This document shows positions 52,430 through 64,000 of a stretch of DNA of 64,000 bases, one piece after another. The translations under genes were made by a program, and so were the position numbers. The notes beneath the pieces are model-generated. The model ran no database searches. It saw nothing but the letters and a program-made list of their open reading frames with translations, and was not told the origin of the DNA. How positions within the stretch are numbered: position 1 is the stretch's first letter; each line of letters starts with the position of its first letter. This DNA is from Octopus sinensis (Eukaryota): the NCBI RefSeq assembly GCF_006345805.1, contig NC_043016.1, positions 11,966,001 to 12,030,000 on the forward strand, written 5' to 3'.

Positions 52430-52653
52430 CTAAAAAAAAAAACAGAAAATAAAAAGGAAAAATAAATAAATATATATATATTCTTTTACTTGTTTCAGCT
52501 ATTTGTCTGCGGCCATGCAGGAGCACCACCTTCAGTTGAAAGAAAATCGACCCCGGTTCTTATTCTTTGTAAGCCTAGGACTTATTTTATCGGTTGCTTT
52601 TGCTGAAATGCTAAGTTACGGGGACGCAAACACACCAACATATATATACATAT

Positions 52654-52688
<35 letters not shown>

Positions 52689-53869
52689 CAGCAGGATTTG
52701 AAAATCCGAACATAAATGGCTTTCAGAATCAGAAGTAGGGTATGGGTTAAAATACTTTGGTGTCTGGTTACATCTCTTTACATTCTAAATTAAAATCCCA
52801 TTCAGATCCTCCATTTAACTCTTCATCTTAGTGAAATTGTTTAAATAATAACTTGAGGCTGATATGATCAACAATTCTCTAGAATGTGGGTGCTCCAGCA
52901 TGGCCACAGTTCAATGACAAAAGTCGTAAAGGAAGAATCACTGCAAGGAATTGTTTGATGCTCCCCTAGTTTTACCAACTCAGAGTAGAAAGAAAGGTCC
53001 CAAATTTGTGTGTGATTAGAGAGACTCATTGAAATCGACCCTGCTGCTATTACAAAAGTTTCATTGATTTGGAATGAATGAAAGGGAAGTTGATCAGTCA
53101 CAAGACAACTGAAACTAAATTCAGAGATGGTTACTGATAAAGTTTATTGCCAAATATTTTTAATATAACATTTAATAAAATTCAAAGAATTAGACAAATG
53201 CAAAAAAGCTATGAAGAAAAAGAAAACTTGTTATTTTGTACAGGGAAAGGGCTCATGCTTCAGAACTCACTTCCCTCAAAACATCCATATATATCTTGCT
53301 TCACAGAATTTTTTAACTGTTTTTTTTATGAAAAAAAAATTTTTTTAGTACACTTCTACTGATGAAGTCAATCACTAGTTTACTTATTCTAACAGATATG
53401 TTTTTCTTTCATATTAAGTAATAGGCCACTCTGACCCACTTTAGAATTTAGTACTAATTTCGAAAAAATAGAATTATTATTTCTTAAAAATATTTCTTTT
53501 TAACAATAAAGAGAGAGAAAAAAATTCCCCAAAATTAATCATCAGGTGAAAATCTGATTTAAAAGATACATTTTAGATGCTCAAATTATCGAGTTGTAGG
53601 TGAGGAAAAAAGTTTTATTTTCAAATAAAAACAATTTTTCTTTTAGAGCAAAGACTGAGTACTTGATTCTTAGGAATTTCCAAGAGGGAAAAGCCGGTTT
53701 AATATAGTAAAAGTAGAAAATAATAGCATTGATTAGGGGATGAGATTAACATCAACAAGACAGAAAATCATGCTTTATAAACAAAGCCCCAAAAGATATT
53801 TAGTTTTGCACTAAATTACATACACTCCCTCGCTACATTCACTGTTATAAATGCAATGAACAGTATATT

Positions 53870-54830
53870 GAATATTGCTGTCATCTTTGGCTGGTCTTAA
53901 CTTCCTTCATCGAATTCAGAATCAAGTTGTTAATATGGTGGGTCCTCTTTTTTCTATAAGTATTCCATGGTCATTGTTCTGGTGGATTTTCTGGTCTAGT
54001 ACCCACTATAAAGACCTTTAAATGTGTCCCCTACTTCTCTTTCCAGGTGCATTGTTTCTCTATTGAGCATCCTGTTAGTCCATATTCTTTTATTCTATCA
54101 GCTTCTTTCCTTGAACTGCTGTTTCTTCGAACTAAACTACCATTGTCTTGTTTTCCTCAGTTCTATGATATTCAATTCTCTAACTTTTCAGACAACATCT
54201 TTTGAATCTCTAGGCCTATCTTTTCTTTACAGAGACCTGAAGCCTTGTTTGGGACAAAATTGTATAAAACATAAATAAATAAGAAATAGGATCCAGAATG
54301 ATATGGTTTTAAAGTTCCTGTATATTGCATAATATGCTTCAACTACTTTACATTTCTTGCAGTGAGACCAGCTTCTTTCGGCTCTGCAACCAACCCCAGT
54401 CTTTCATCAATTCTTGAGATGTATAAAAATCATGAAGTTTCCTTTGAATAACAGATTCCTGATGTAATGGTTCCACAGTGCCAATTTTTTCTAGAATGAA
54501 ATCGTTAGCTCTCTTTTCATTGAATGTTATTTTGAGAATATGCGTTTGTGCACATCCAAAATGCTATCAACTTATTTTCTTGTCATCTTTTCTAAGATTC
54601 ATGTTTCGCTGCCACATAGGGCTAGTAACCAGATGAGTCTCTTGAGAAGGTGTATCTTGGTGTTACTGCACACAGATCTATCTTTGCAGATGTTCCAGAG
54701 TTTGGTAGTACCTGTGTGTACCTTGCTGCATTTATTTGTACCAATCAGTTCAAAAACAGTTTTTAATCTTGACATTTCTGATGTCAATATCTGTTTGGAT
54801 TGCATTTTTTTTTCATGGAAATAATTTTAC
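53870..54830 (-). mobile_element. Degenerate RTE-like LINE remnant
   Basis: KIHLLKRLIWLLALCGSET motif; boundaries approximate. Confidence 0.55.
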
Positions 54831-55503
54831 ACCTGCTTCATAAGCACATCCATAATGTAGACTTGTAAACATTGCATTTCAAAAACTTCTAACCTGTGTG
54901 TATTGTTAGATTTTAGGGTATATGTTCCCAAAGCATGCAATCGTCGTCGTTGTTGTTGTTGCCGCCACCACCATCACCATCATCATCACCATCATCATTG
55001 TCCATGCTCCTTGCTTGCATGGGTTAGACGGTTTGATAAGGATCCAATGAGTCAAGGACTGCAATATACTCCAGTGTTCATTTTGGCATGGTTTCTATGG
55101 CTGGATGCCCTTCCTAAGGTTAACCACTATACAGTGAGTACTGGGTGCTTTTTTTTCATACCACCAGCACAATTGAGGTCACCATGTAACTCACAAGTCC
55201 ACATATGCAGGGAGGGAAAATGCTGTGCCCTTATGTTAGATGCAGGTTAAAGTAAAAGGGAAGAGGTTGGAGTAAAGCAGGTTTTTGTTGTAGAGGAGCT
55301 ACAGGGCTGCTCAGATTTAAGAGAGAAAGAGTGAGAATGAATCAGGGGCATCACCAAGGAGATAGACAGTGGTGATGAGGTGTCCAGGTGGCACCTCAGG
55401 TAGCAGGAACAGAAGTGAGTAGGAGGAATGGGGGTTTGTGTGGGTGAAGGAAGGAAGATATAGGAGAAGTGGGAGCAAGAAGTAGCTCAGATTTGTAAGG
55501 ATT

Positions 55504-55537
<34 letters not shown>

Positions 55538-57094
55538 ACGATGACGAGTTTGGGTAGGCTGCAGGAGCAGTGTAGAGAAAGCAGGTGTAATGCATGAGAA
55601 AATACAATTCGTTGGTCCAAGGAGGGGAGAAAGCTGCAGTAATGTGGGTGTGAAGAATAATAACAATGGGTAAAGAATGGCTAACAAGAGATAGAAGTGA
55701 TATCAGGGATGGAGGTGGTGGTCATGAGGAGCTGCAGTGGATGATAAGCCATGGGGGGAATTGGTTGCGAGTGGGGAAAATAAAGGTATTATACAGGTAT
55801 TAACTTTGAATCCTGCATTAATCCAGCTCATATTTCTTTGTCTTTCAAATGCTACGTTTTTGAGACTTGCCTTTCTTTTTTTTTACATATTATGATCCAT
55901 TTTGGTGTTATACTACCAAGAAACACAAACTCTGTGACAGGTCCTACATCAGTACAATCCAGTTTGATAATTTCCCTGGTCTTACACTTCATGTCGTTTA
56001 TTTTCCCATTCCATTTTCACATGCTTCATGTAACCATTTACTATTTAGTGAATATTTTCAACTTGTCAAGTATTGTGATTATTGGACTATTGCTAGTATA
56101 TCTGATATCTTATAGAAAAGATATCATTGAGAACTACACTATTATCCAAGTCTTTTAGTTTTTTTATATGACAAATTCCAGTAAGATATTGAAAAAGCGG
56201 GGAGATAGTAGGCAAGCCTGCCTTTAAACCTGTACATACTCCAAATTAATCTTTTAGCTAAAGATTTATGACCACAAAACACCTGGTATTGTTGTAAAAA
56301 AGAGTGCTATCAAAAATTGAGGCAGACTATATACAAAGATAGGAAGCTAGGAGAAAAATGATTGAATAACTCAGAGATACAGTTAAAAGTTAAAATTCAC
56401 AGAACAAAACCTACAAGACAAAACAGAACTATTTGAAGCTGTCCTCAAGAACAGTATTAATTACAATCTCTCTGATTCAATCCATGAAATGGGAGAGGGG
56501 GAAAATATCAAGCAGTCTAAGTTTTGAAGACAGTAACAGTAGGATTAATTCAATGGTGAAGAAGTTATTTCAATTATAATAGCATTAAATTCTCAAACAA
56601 CCCAGAAGTGTTATCAGAAATCTTGGATGGTTCATTTGTTAATAATGAAATAACAGAAGGACTAGAAGAGGGCAATAAAAAAAAAAACAAAAAAAGTTGA
56701 CATACTAAAAGCAAGAAAAGAGCTTGTTGTCATTATGGTACACATAATTCAATTATCATCATCATCATCATCATCATCACTGTCACATAACATCCATTGT
56801 CCAATGCTGACATGGGTTGGATGGTTTGACAGGAGTTGGCCAACTTGGGGAGTCATCCAGACTCCAATTGTCTGTTGTGGCTTGGTTTCTATGGCTGGAT
56901 GCTCCTACTAATGCTAACCACTTTACAGAGTGTACTGGGTGCTTTTTACGTGGCACCAGCACTGGCACGAGTGCGTTTTATGTGGCACTGGCACCCGTAA
57001 AGAACAAGCCTGTATATATGGATAAAAGGTAAAACAAAGAAGACCTCCAAAAATAACTAGATCTGTTTGCTGTTGAATGAATGAATGAATTCCA

Positions 57095-57545
57095 ATATCT
57101 TAAATCTGGGTCTGTCTCCATTAATGGGGGTGGCTAGATCTACCTCACTCTTACAGCAACTGTTCTCACACCATCTCGTCCAGTTTTGGGTGTCCTCCCT
57201 CCCCAAACTAACCCAACCAATCTCTTCCTCCACCTGTCCCCTCCACATTTTCTTGGTTGACCTCGCTTTTGTGGTTCATTCACTCTCCTCAGAACATGAT
57301 CCTTACCACTGCACACCATTCACCCTTGCCAGCTGTTCCACCGATTCCTCCAACCCCAGTATCCCCCATCAAGTCCTCAGCCCACCTTTTATCTAATAGT
57401 TTCACACTGCACATTGCTCTCTCAGTCATTCCCAAAATTGCCATTTCACTTTCCCTCAGACACCGTGTCTCACTCCCATACAGAATTACAGATCTCATGC
57501 AACTCTGATAGACTCTTCTTATCATCTTCAAAGAGAAACTTTTCT
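57095..57545 (-). mobile_element. Degenerate RTE-like LINE 3' fragment
   Basis: RVYQSCMRSVILYGSET...TERAM and REDTQNWTRW remnants. Confidence 0.7.
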
Positions 57546-59547
57546 CTTTTAATGTCAATATATAAAAAGGGTAATAAGCAACATCCTGATAACTACAGGA
57601 GAGTCTTTCTTTTATGAATACTGGGAATTTTCTTTCACTGAATGAAAGGTGAAATAGATAGCATCAAATATAAAGACTACACACACAAAGTATTGCATGA
57701 AGAAATGTTGAATAAAATATATTTGTGTAAAGTCATGTTTAGCATGTTTGAGGGTAATGGTGCATGATAAGAACTTTTAATGCAGGGATAGTCCCAGGAA
57801 AAAAATTCTCCACCTAGACTTGTGCAAATACAGTTTTGGGGCTGTAAGCAACGACAGGATCTTTAGATGCATGTTTCTGCTTCGTCAATTACAAAAACAA
57901 CCAACTCAGTTACACACAGCAATAAAATGAATCAAGGGCATGTAACTCTAATAATTTTCCCTTGAAATTCATGCTCAGTTGGATTAACAACGCATGTCAA
58001 AAGAGACTAATATGAAACTAATTCATGTTTTTAGACTCTGCACTTAGAAAAAAAAAAAGGTACAAATGAAGTGTTATGGTAGGTAATAGTTTGGACTATA
58101 GTTTCCATATTTTAACAATTTTCCAGCCTGAATTATATAAACATAGATGTAACGAGAAATCTACAATCACCTTGGACATTTCATCAAAATGTTTGATGAT
58201 TTGACCATAGCTACAATAGATTTGCTATAATAGTTTTGTTTCTCATTACTAATTTTTCCAGTTCAAGATTAAAGTTTTATTACAGATTAAGGTTTCATTA
58301 AATATCTAAGCAAGGGGTTATCACGACTTATCTTATAGTGTACCAATGTCCCCCACACTTTACCTAGCTGTGCCAAAAACATTAAACCAGCTCATCGATT
58401 TTCCCTCCTTTACTTTAACAACCATGAACTCCAATGCATCATGGGTAGGCACTCCACAGTTCTCAGGGAGATACAATGTGACACCGAATGTGACAAGGTT
58501 GGCCCATTAAATTACAAGTACAACTCAATTTTGCCAGCCAAGTGGACTGGAGCAACATGAAATAAAGAGTCTTGCTCAAGGATACAACATGCTGTTGGGA
58601 ACTGAACTCCCAACCTTACGATCATGAGCCAAATACCAGAACCACCAAGTCACACACCTTCACAATGTGTCATAGAACCCACCCATAATCTCTTATCAAT
58701 GCACAAACCACATATCTTATTCTCCAAGGCACAAATCTTTCAACTCTTATCTTTGTTTATCTCTGCTGTCAATGTTACACTCTCTACTCAAACTTCACAA
58801 TGAAAGGTGGTGTCTAACCATATATAAATTCCATTCTTCACCTGAATACCAGCAACGAAGATTTCTAGCTACACGGTCTCAAAGTTTCCTTCTCTACTCT
58901 CCGCTAATCACCAACCACTCTTCAAAGGTATCTCTTCCTGCATCAGGGTAGATGCAGAATGCAGAATAGATGTCCTTCTACAATTGAGAAGGGCTTCTAC
59001 TTTACTTCAGTCCACTCTGAAGTTACTGTACTCAATAATGCAACACTCACAACTCATTTTTGGCTCATCCCATATTGATGCTTCCTGTGGAGAAACAAAC
59101 TTTTGCAATCGTCAAATTTCTATATCAGCCAGCTTCGTCCTCTATACATATTCCTGGCCAATATACAAACACTCCAAACAGCCTTTATCTCTTTCTTACC
59201 TCCAAACCCACCCTCCACCAGACAATCACTGTCAATGTACACACAGGGTCATCCACCATGACTTATTACACCTACTACTACAGAATGCTGCTTTCACTCC
59301 CCAGACTCTAAGGTTCCTTATGCCAGCTGACTAAATTCCACCAATTCTAAGCTGACTAACCCTGGCAGCAAATGTGCTTTACCCTCAACCCATCAGAAAT
59401 AGTTGGGTGGATAACTGAAAACACCTTCTAAGGCTTTCTCTCCAAATCCTACATACATCCAAACTTCATGGCCCCCAAATGATTCATTCATACCTACACT
59501 GCAGCAGCAGTTTATGTAAAAATGAAAAAGCAAATCCAATACTATAG

Positions 59548-60238
59548 GCACAGGCATGGCTGTGTGGTAAGAAGCTTGCTGGCAGAAATGCTTAACGGCA
59601 TTTTGTCTGCTGCTACATTCTGAATTCAAATTCCGCTGAGGTCGACTTAATCCCTTTGTCTGTCCTTGTTTGTCCCCTCTATGTTTTGCCCCTTGTGGGC
59701 AGTAAATAAATAAGAAGCTTGCTTCCAGGTTCAGTTCCACTGCACGGCACCTTGAGCAAGTATTTCTACTGTAACCTTGGGACAACCAAAGTCTTGTGAG
59801 AGGATTTGGTAGACAGAAATTGAAAGAAATAAGGTGGCGAGCTGGCAGAAATGTTAGCACACCGAGCAAAATGCTTAGCAGTATTTCACCTGTCGTTAAG
59901 TTCTGAGTTCAAATTCCGCCGAGGTCGACAAATTAAGTACCAGTTATGGACTGGGGTCGATATAATCGACTTAATCCCTTTGTCTGTCCTTGTTTGTCCC
60001 CTCTATGTTTAGCCCCTTGTGGGTAATAAGAAATAAGAAATATGTCGTATATATAAACACACACACATATGCGAGTGTGTGTCTGTCAGAAGCAGTGCAT
60101 TTACATATCCGTAGCTTAATGGTTCAACAAATGAGACCAATAGCATAAGTACCAGTACTGGGGTCACTTCATTTGACTAAAAATTCCTCAAGGCGGTACC
60201 TCAGCATGGATACAGTCTAATGAACAAAACAGTAAAAG
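59548..60238 (+). mobile_element. SINE with two nested Meta-type SINE insertions
   Basis: Host SINE interrupted at about 59581-59710 (duplicated TAAGAAGCTTGCT) and about 59833-60037 (duplicated AAGAAATA). Confidence 0.7.
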
Positions 60239-60299
60239 ACAAAAGCTACTTCTGAGCCTTGCACTGTTTGCAAGCTCCACTTCTTATGGACTGCAGCTA

Positions 60300-60900
60300 A
60301 TTGGTTGTAGTCTTGATGGTTCAGTGCACAGTATTCCTGTGAAGAAAACCTACACATTCGTTGCTGTTTTGCATCCAACCCCACATTACACAAATTAAAA
60401 AAGAAATCTCCTCCGCAAATATCCTTTTCCCACTTCACCAAATGCAGAAGCACCACCAATTGCTTGAAACCAACAAGGCCACCAACCCTGATAATGTCTT
60501 TAGACAATGTTACCCGCCAGTGTGCTTCCATAAAAAGGAAATCATGTGAAAGCAATGTTGTTGCCCTCAACATCAATGAAGCTTTCAACTATGTCTGGCA
60601 CACAAACCTCCTATACACACAAACTCATCTATAGGCTCCAGTTGTCTTTTGTAGCATGTGTGATAGAGCTCCCTCAACCCACACATTCTCAATTCGTATG
60701 TACCTCAGGGTTTGGTTTGTGTCCCATCCCACTCTTCTCCCTATATTTCAACAACCTATTTAACGTAACTTAACAATACTAATTCCTAGGCAGACGACAT
60801 CATTAATCTGTAACTTTTGCACTCAAGACACCTCATGTCAAAATCTACACTAAATTTTTCAACAGGAGACTTTGAAAACAGGAGCCATGCCGATTTAGCC
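60300..60900 (+). mobile_element. Highly degenerate non-LTR reverse transcriptase remnant
   Basis: Broken RT-like pieces: KATNPDN, AFNYVWH, LCPIPLFSLYFNNL, ADDI. Confidence 0.5.
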
Positions 60901-61639
60901 AAATACAAGATGATACAATCAAGTATCAAGGAAATGTTACTCCACCATCACCACCAACCGATTCCAGAATATGGAGCATCAAGAATTCTCACAAAAGCCT
61001 TAACACTCTAGCATTTGGATTTCTCTGTCAGATATAATGCTTATTTATTTACATTGTTTTGAATTAATCAATCATTATCTTGTAGTTTTGAGATTTTGAT
61101 GATACGATTGTTAATTTTTAGAATGACATTGTAGGGTAGGTGTGAGAGGTTGGATCTGGCCAGTTTGAAAATTAAACAGGGAGAATATTTTAGCCAGATA
61201 TGGCTGGTTTAAATGCTGAAGGGTTAAAATTAAGTACCAGTTACGCAAGTGATTCTAATCGGGATCCACATGACCTTTGGGTGGGGGCCAATATAAGATT
61301 TTGTTGTTGAAATTTATTGACAATAAATTGGTTATAAAATATTTTAATAATTTTTTCATACAGTTCCTAATGACATTTAATTATAAAAATATAACAGGAT
61401 TTTTTTAAAACATGGGATGACTATGAGGGTCCATCTGAGCAAAATCAAAAGGGTCCATAAGTAAAAATGAGTGGAAAACATGGTATTAAAAGCTAGGTCT
61501 CACCATAGTTAGGAATCTTACATGTTGAATGCACATCACCAACACAGCAGTGCTTTAAGCTATAAATCCTACACTAAACATTTCTACCAAAACTTCTCTT
61601 GCTTCCAACCAAATCTCATTAGGTTTTCTCCACCTATAA

Positions 61640-61990
61640 AGAGTAAAAAGGGTAAGGACCCCCTTCAGTCATGACTGACCACATGATTGCACTTAGAATG
61701 TTCCCCTCTGAGGCACAAGTCTGGGCAAGGTTGGTTATGGAAGACCAGCAGTCGCCCATGCATACCAGCCCTCTCCTCTCTACACCACTGATGTTGTCCA
61801 AGGGAAAGGCAAAGGCTGATACAGATTGACATTGATACAGTGACACTGCAACTCATTTCTACAGATGAGTGAACTGGAGCAATGTGGAATAAAGTGTCTT
61901 GCTTAAGAACACAACACGCAGCCCAGACTGGGAATCAAAATCACTACCTCATGATTGTGAACCAATACTCTAATCACTGAGCCATGTGCC
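61640..61990 (-). mobile_element. tRNA-derived SINE, third family (related copy at about 40200-40510)
   Basis: GGCACATGGCTCAGTG head, TTGTGTTCTTAAGCAAGACAC core; body shared with the 40200-40510 copy. Confidence 0.7.
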
Positions 61991-63001
61991 TAAGGTGTAG
62001 AAATTAAAGCTGAACAAATACAGTGATCTAGATCTTCCTGTAATGGCAATGGGTACTGCTCCTCATAATTTTATATCGATAAGTATGTCTTTAAGTTTTT
62101 CATTGAAAGGAATGTCACCATCATCATAGTTTAACGTCCTTGTTCCATGCTGATATGGATTGCATAGTTTGACAGGATCTGACAGATCCGAGGACAATAT
62201 TGTGTTCCACTGTCTAGTTTGGCATCATTTCTATGCTACTAAAAAACCACTTGAGTGTGTACCTGGGTGCTTTTCTCGATGCCACCAGCACTAGCAAGGT
62301 CACAATGCAGCATGCAAGACTATGAAACCTGAGAGAAGTGGCTTCGTTTGAGAAGAAGAAGGGTTAAAGTATGAGAGGGAGCCAAAGTAGAATAGGTTCC
62401 TTAATATAGAGGAACAACCATAGCTACTACACACACATTTTTGAGGAGATAGTGTGGGGATGATTAGGGTAGAGCTAGGATGAGATAAAAATAGTGTAGA
62501 TGAGGCATCAAAGTAGACCCTCAAGGTTTGAGGTGAATAGAAGCAAATGGGGGTAGAAGTGAGAGTGGGTAGGTAGAGGATGCAAGCATGAATGGGAGTG
62601 AGAGAGATGGAGAATGGATGAGGAGGTGAATATAATGAATGAAAAACAATATGTTGTGGGAGGAAGATGTAGTGAACAGTTTATGAGGGATGGTGCATGA
62701 TGCATGTAGGTGAAGAGCATCAGAATAGTGAAGATACAATAGGCAGGGGAAGGATGAGAGAGAGAGAGAGAGAGATACTGAAATGATGCTGTAGTTGAGT
62801 AAGTTTGGGTGGGAGGAGAGTGACAGTGATATAAATGGATGGTGGTGAAGGAGAGATAATTTGGTGGCTCAACAGAGAGATCAGTGTAAAATGTGGGAAG
62901 AGACGACTGTATAAGGATGAATATCAAATGAGAAAAAATTAAGTAATATAAAGAGGAAAGCTGCAGTTAGAGAGATAATGGGTTTTGGGAGTGTCTTCAG
63001 A

Positions 63002-63197
63002 ACAAAACTAGGTGAAGCGTCCAGTTTTGGATGAATGGACACAAAACTAGGTGAAGGGCCCAATTTTGGATGAATGGACACAAAACTAGGTGCAGGACCC
63101 AATTTTGGATGAATGGGCACAAAACTAGGTGCAGGACCCAATTTTGGATGAATGGACACAAAACTAGGTGAAGGGCCTAATTTTGGATGAATGGACA
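63002..63197. repeat. 39-bp minisatellite x5
   Basis: Unit ACAAAACTAGGTG(A/C)AGG(G/A)CCCAATTTTGGATGAATGGAC. Confidence 0.92.
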
Positions 63198-63431
63198 CAC
63201 AGTGTTTTAGTACTTTATTATAACATTAACTTTATCACTAAGAGGGATTACCCTTGTATTAAGATTACTATCTAAATTAATCGTCTTAAATATGATTCTA
63301 AAAATAAATATAATTTTATTATCTTATTATTAGTTTATATTTCTAAATATTCCAGTTCTATATTTAAGAGATGAGGAATTGTGTACATTTTTTACAATTG
63401 ACAGATATTTGTCCTCATCTTGTTTGTTGTT

Positions 63432-63477
63432 AACACAACATTTCGACTGATATACCCTCCAGCCTTCATCAGGTGTT
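63432..63477 (-). ncRNA. Minimal type I hammerhead ribozyme motif (Penelope-like element remnant)
   Basis: AACAC-CTGATGA-A-GGCTG(GAGGGTATAT)CAGTC-GAAA-T-GTT-GTGTT: core boxes, stem I and stem II. Confidence 0.6.
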
Positions 63478-63524
63478 TTGGGGAAATTTCGAAGCTGGGT
63501 TCTCATTCCTAAGGTATTTTTCAA

Positions 63525-63562
<38 letters not shown>

Positions 63563-63571
63563 TCACTGCCT

Positions 63572-63710
63572 GGAGGGCATCCAGCCGTAGAAACATTGTC
63601 AGATCAGACTGGGCCTGGTGCAGCCTTCTGGCTTCCCAGACCCCAGTTGAACCGTCCAACCCATGCTAGCATGGAAAACGGACACTAAATGATGATGATG
63701 ATGATGACGA
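63572..63710 (+). mobile_element. Short RTE-LINE 3' tail copy
   Basis: Matches the LINE terminus; (GAT)n. Confidence 0.8.
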
Positions 63711-64000
63711 TAACTGGAGTGGTATTGCTTTTCTCACTTCCATCAATAAACTGCTCAGTCGCTTCATGCCTTTGAAGATGTTTGAAATGAGGGATCCCTT
63801 ACTTGTATAACAAGCAAGGGTTAGCAAAAGAATGGGCATTCAGGCTGTAAAACAATGCCTCTATAATGTTCATCTAACCAATGCTACCAAAAAATGGACG
63901 TAAAAATAAATGGTGCATGTGTATGTGTATCATCATTGTCATTCAATGTCTACTTTTCTGATACATGTATGGGTCAAAAGGAATAAGATGAGACAGGTTT

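Noticed and set aside
55240-55790. Purine-rich tract (also 62330-62930) as a triplex or regulatory element
   Set aside because: Both follow a reverse LINE-type tail and share sequence, so they are more simply explained as bodies of an old repeat family
63002-63197. CRISPR-like appearance of the 39-bp array (also the 42-bp array at 27652)
   Set aside because: Units are contiguous with no unique spacers, there are no cas genes, and the context is a eukaryotic intron
52430-64000. Upstream KIBRA exons (WW domains) or promoter
   Set aside because: No WW or GEKEK-like coding segment with splice sites was found; the region looks like one long TE-rich intron, though a small exon could be missed by eye

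Overview
AT-rich eukaryotic genomic DNA. The repeat families (RTE-LINE tails ending in (GAT)n, tRNA/Meta-type SINEs, TTAA MITEs, dense TA microsatellites) suggest an octopus (coleoid cephalopod); this is an inference. One gene fills most of the window: a minus-strand KIBRA/WWC-family Hippo-pathway scaffold. I traced 18 GT-AG coding exons by hand from 52429 to the stop at 13069. They splice in frame (3051 nt, 1016 aa) and encode coiled coils, a Ser-rich region with the DSGVFE motif, a C2 domain, an aPKC-binding segment and a C-terminal PDZ ligand (GEEV). I found no WW-domain exons, so they probably lie beyond 64000. A TE-poor stretch of about 10 kb (approx. 2770-13068) may be a very long 3'UTR. 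Best leads: (1) several conserved Arg/Ala positions are encoded by codons that A-to-I editing would restore; (2) a 24-nt in-frame microexon candidate has two downstream TGCATG (Rbfox) sites; (3) a partial exon copy fused to a LINE tail forms an in-frame 57-nt cryptic exon; (4) long intronic fold-back hairpins and inverted LINE tails bracket exons; (5) there is a minimal hammerhead ribozyme of Penelope type. Most ORFs in the supplied track are repeat or microsatellite artefacts. Comparisons to human and fly KIBRA are from memory, not from an alignment.
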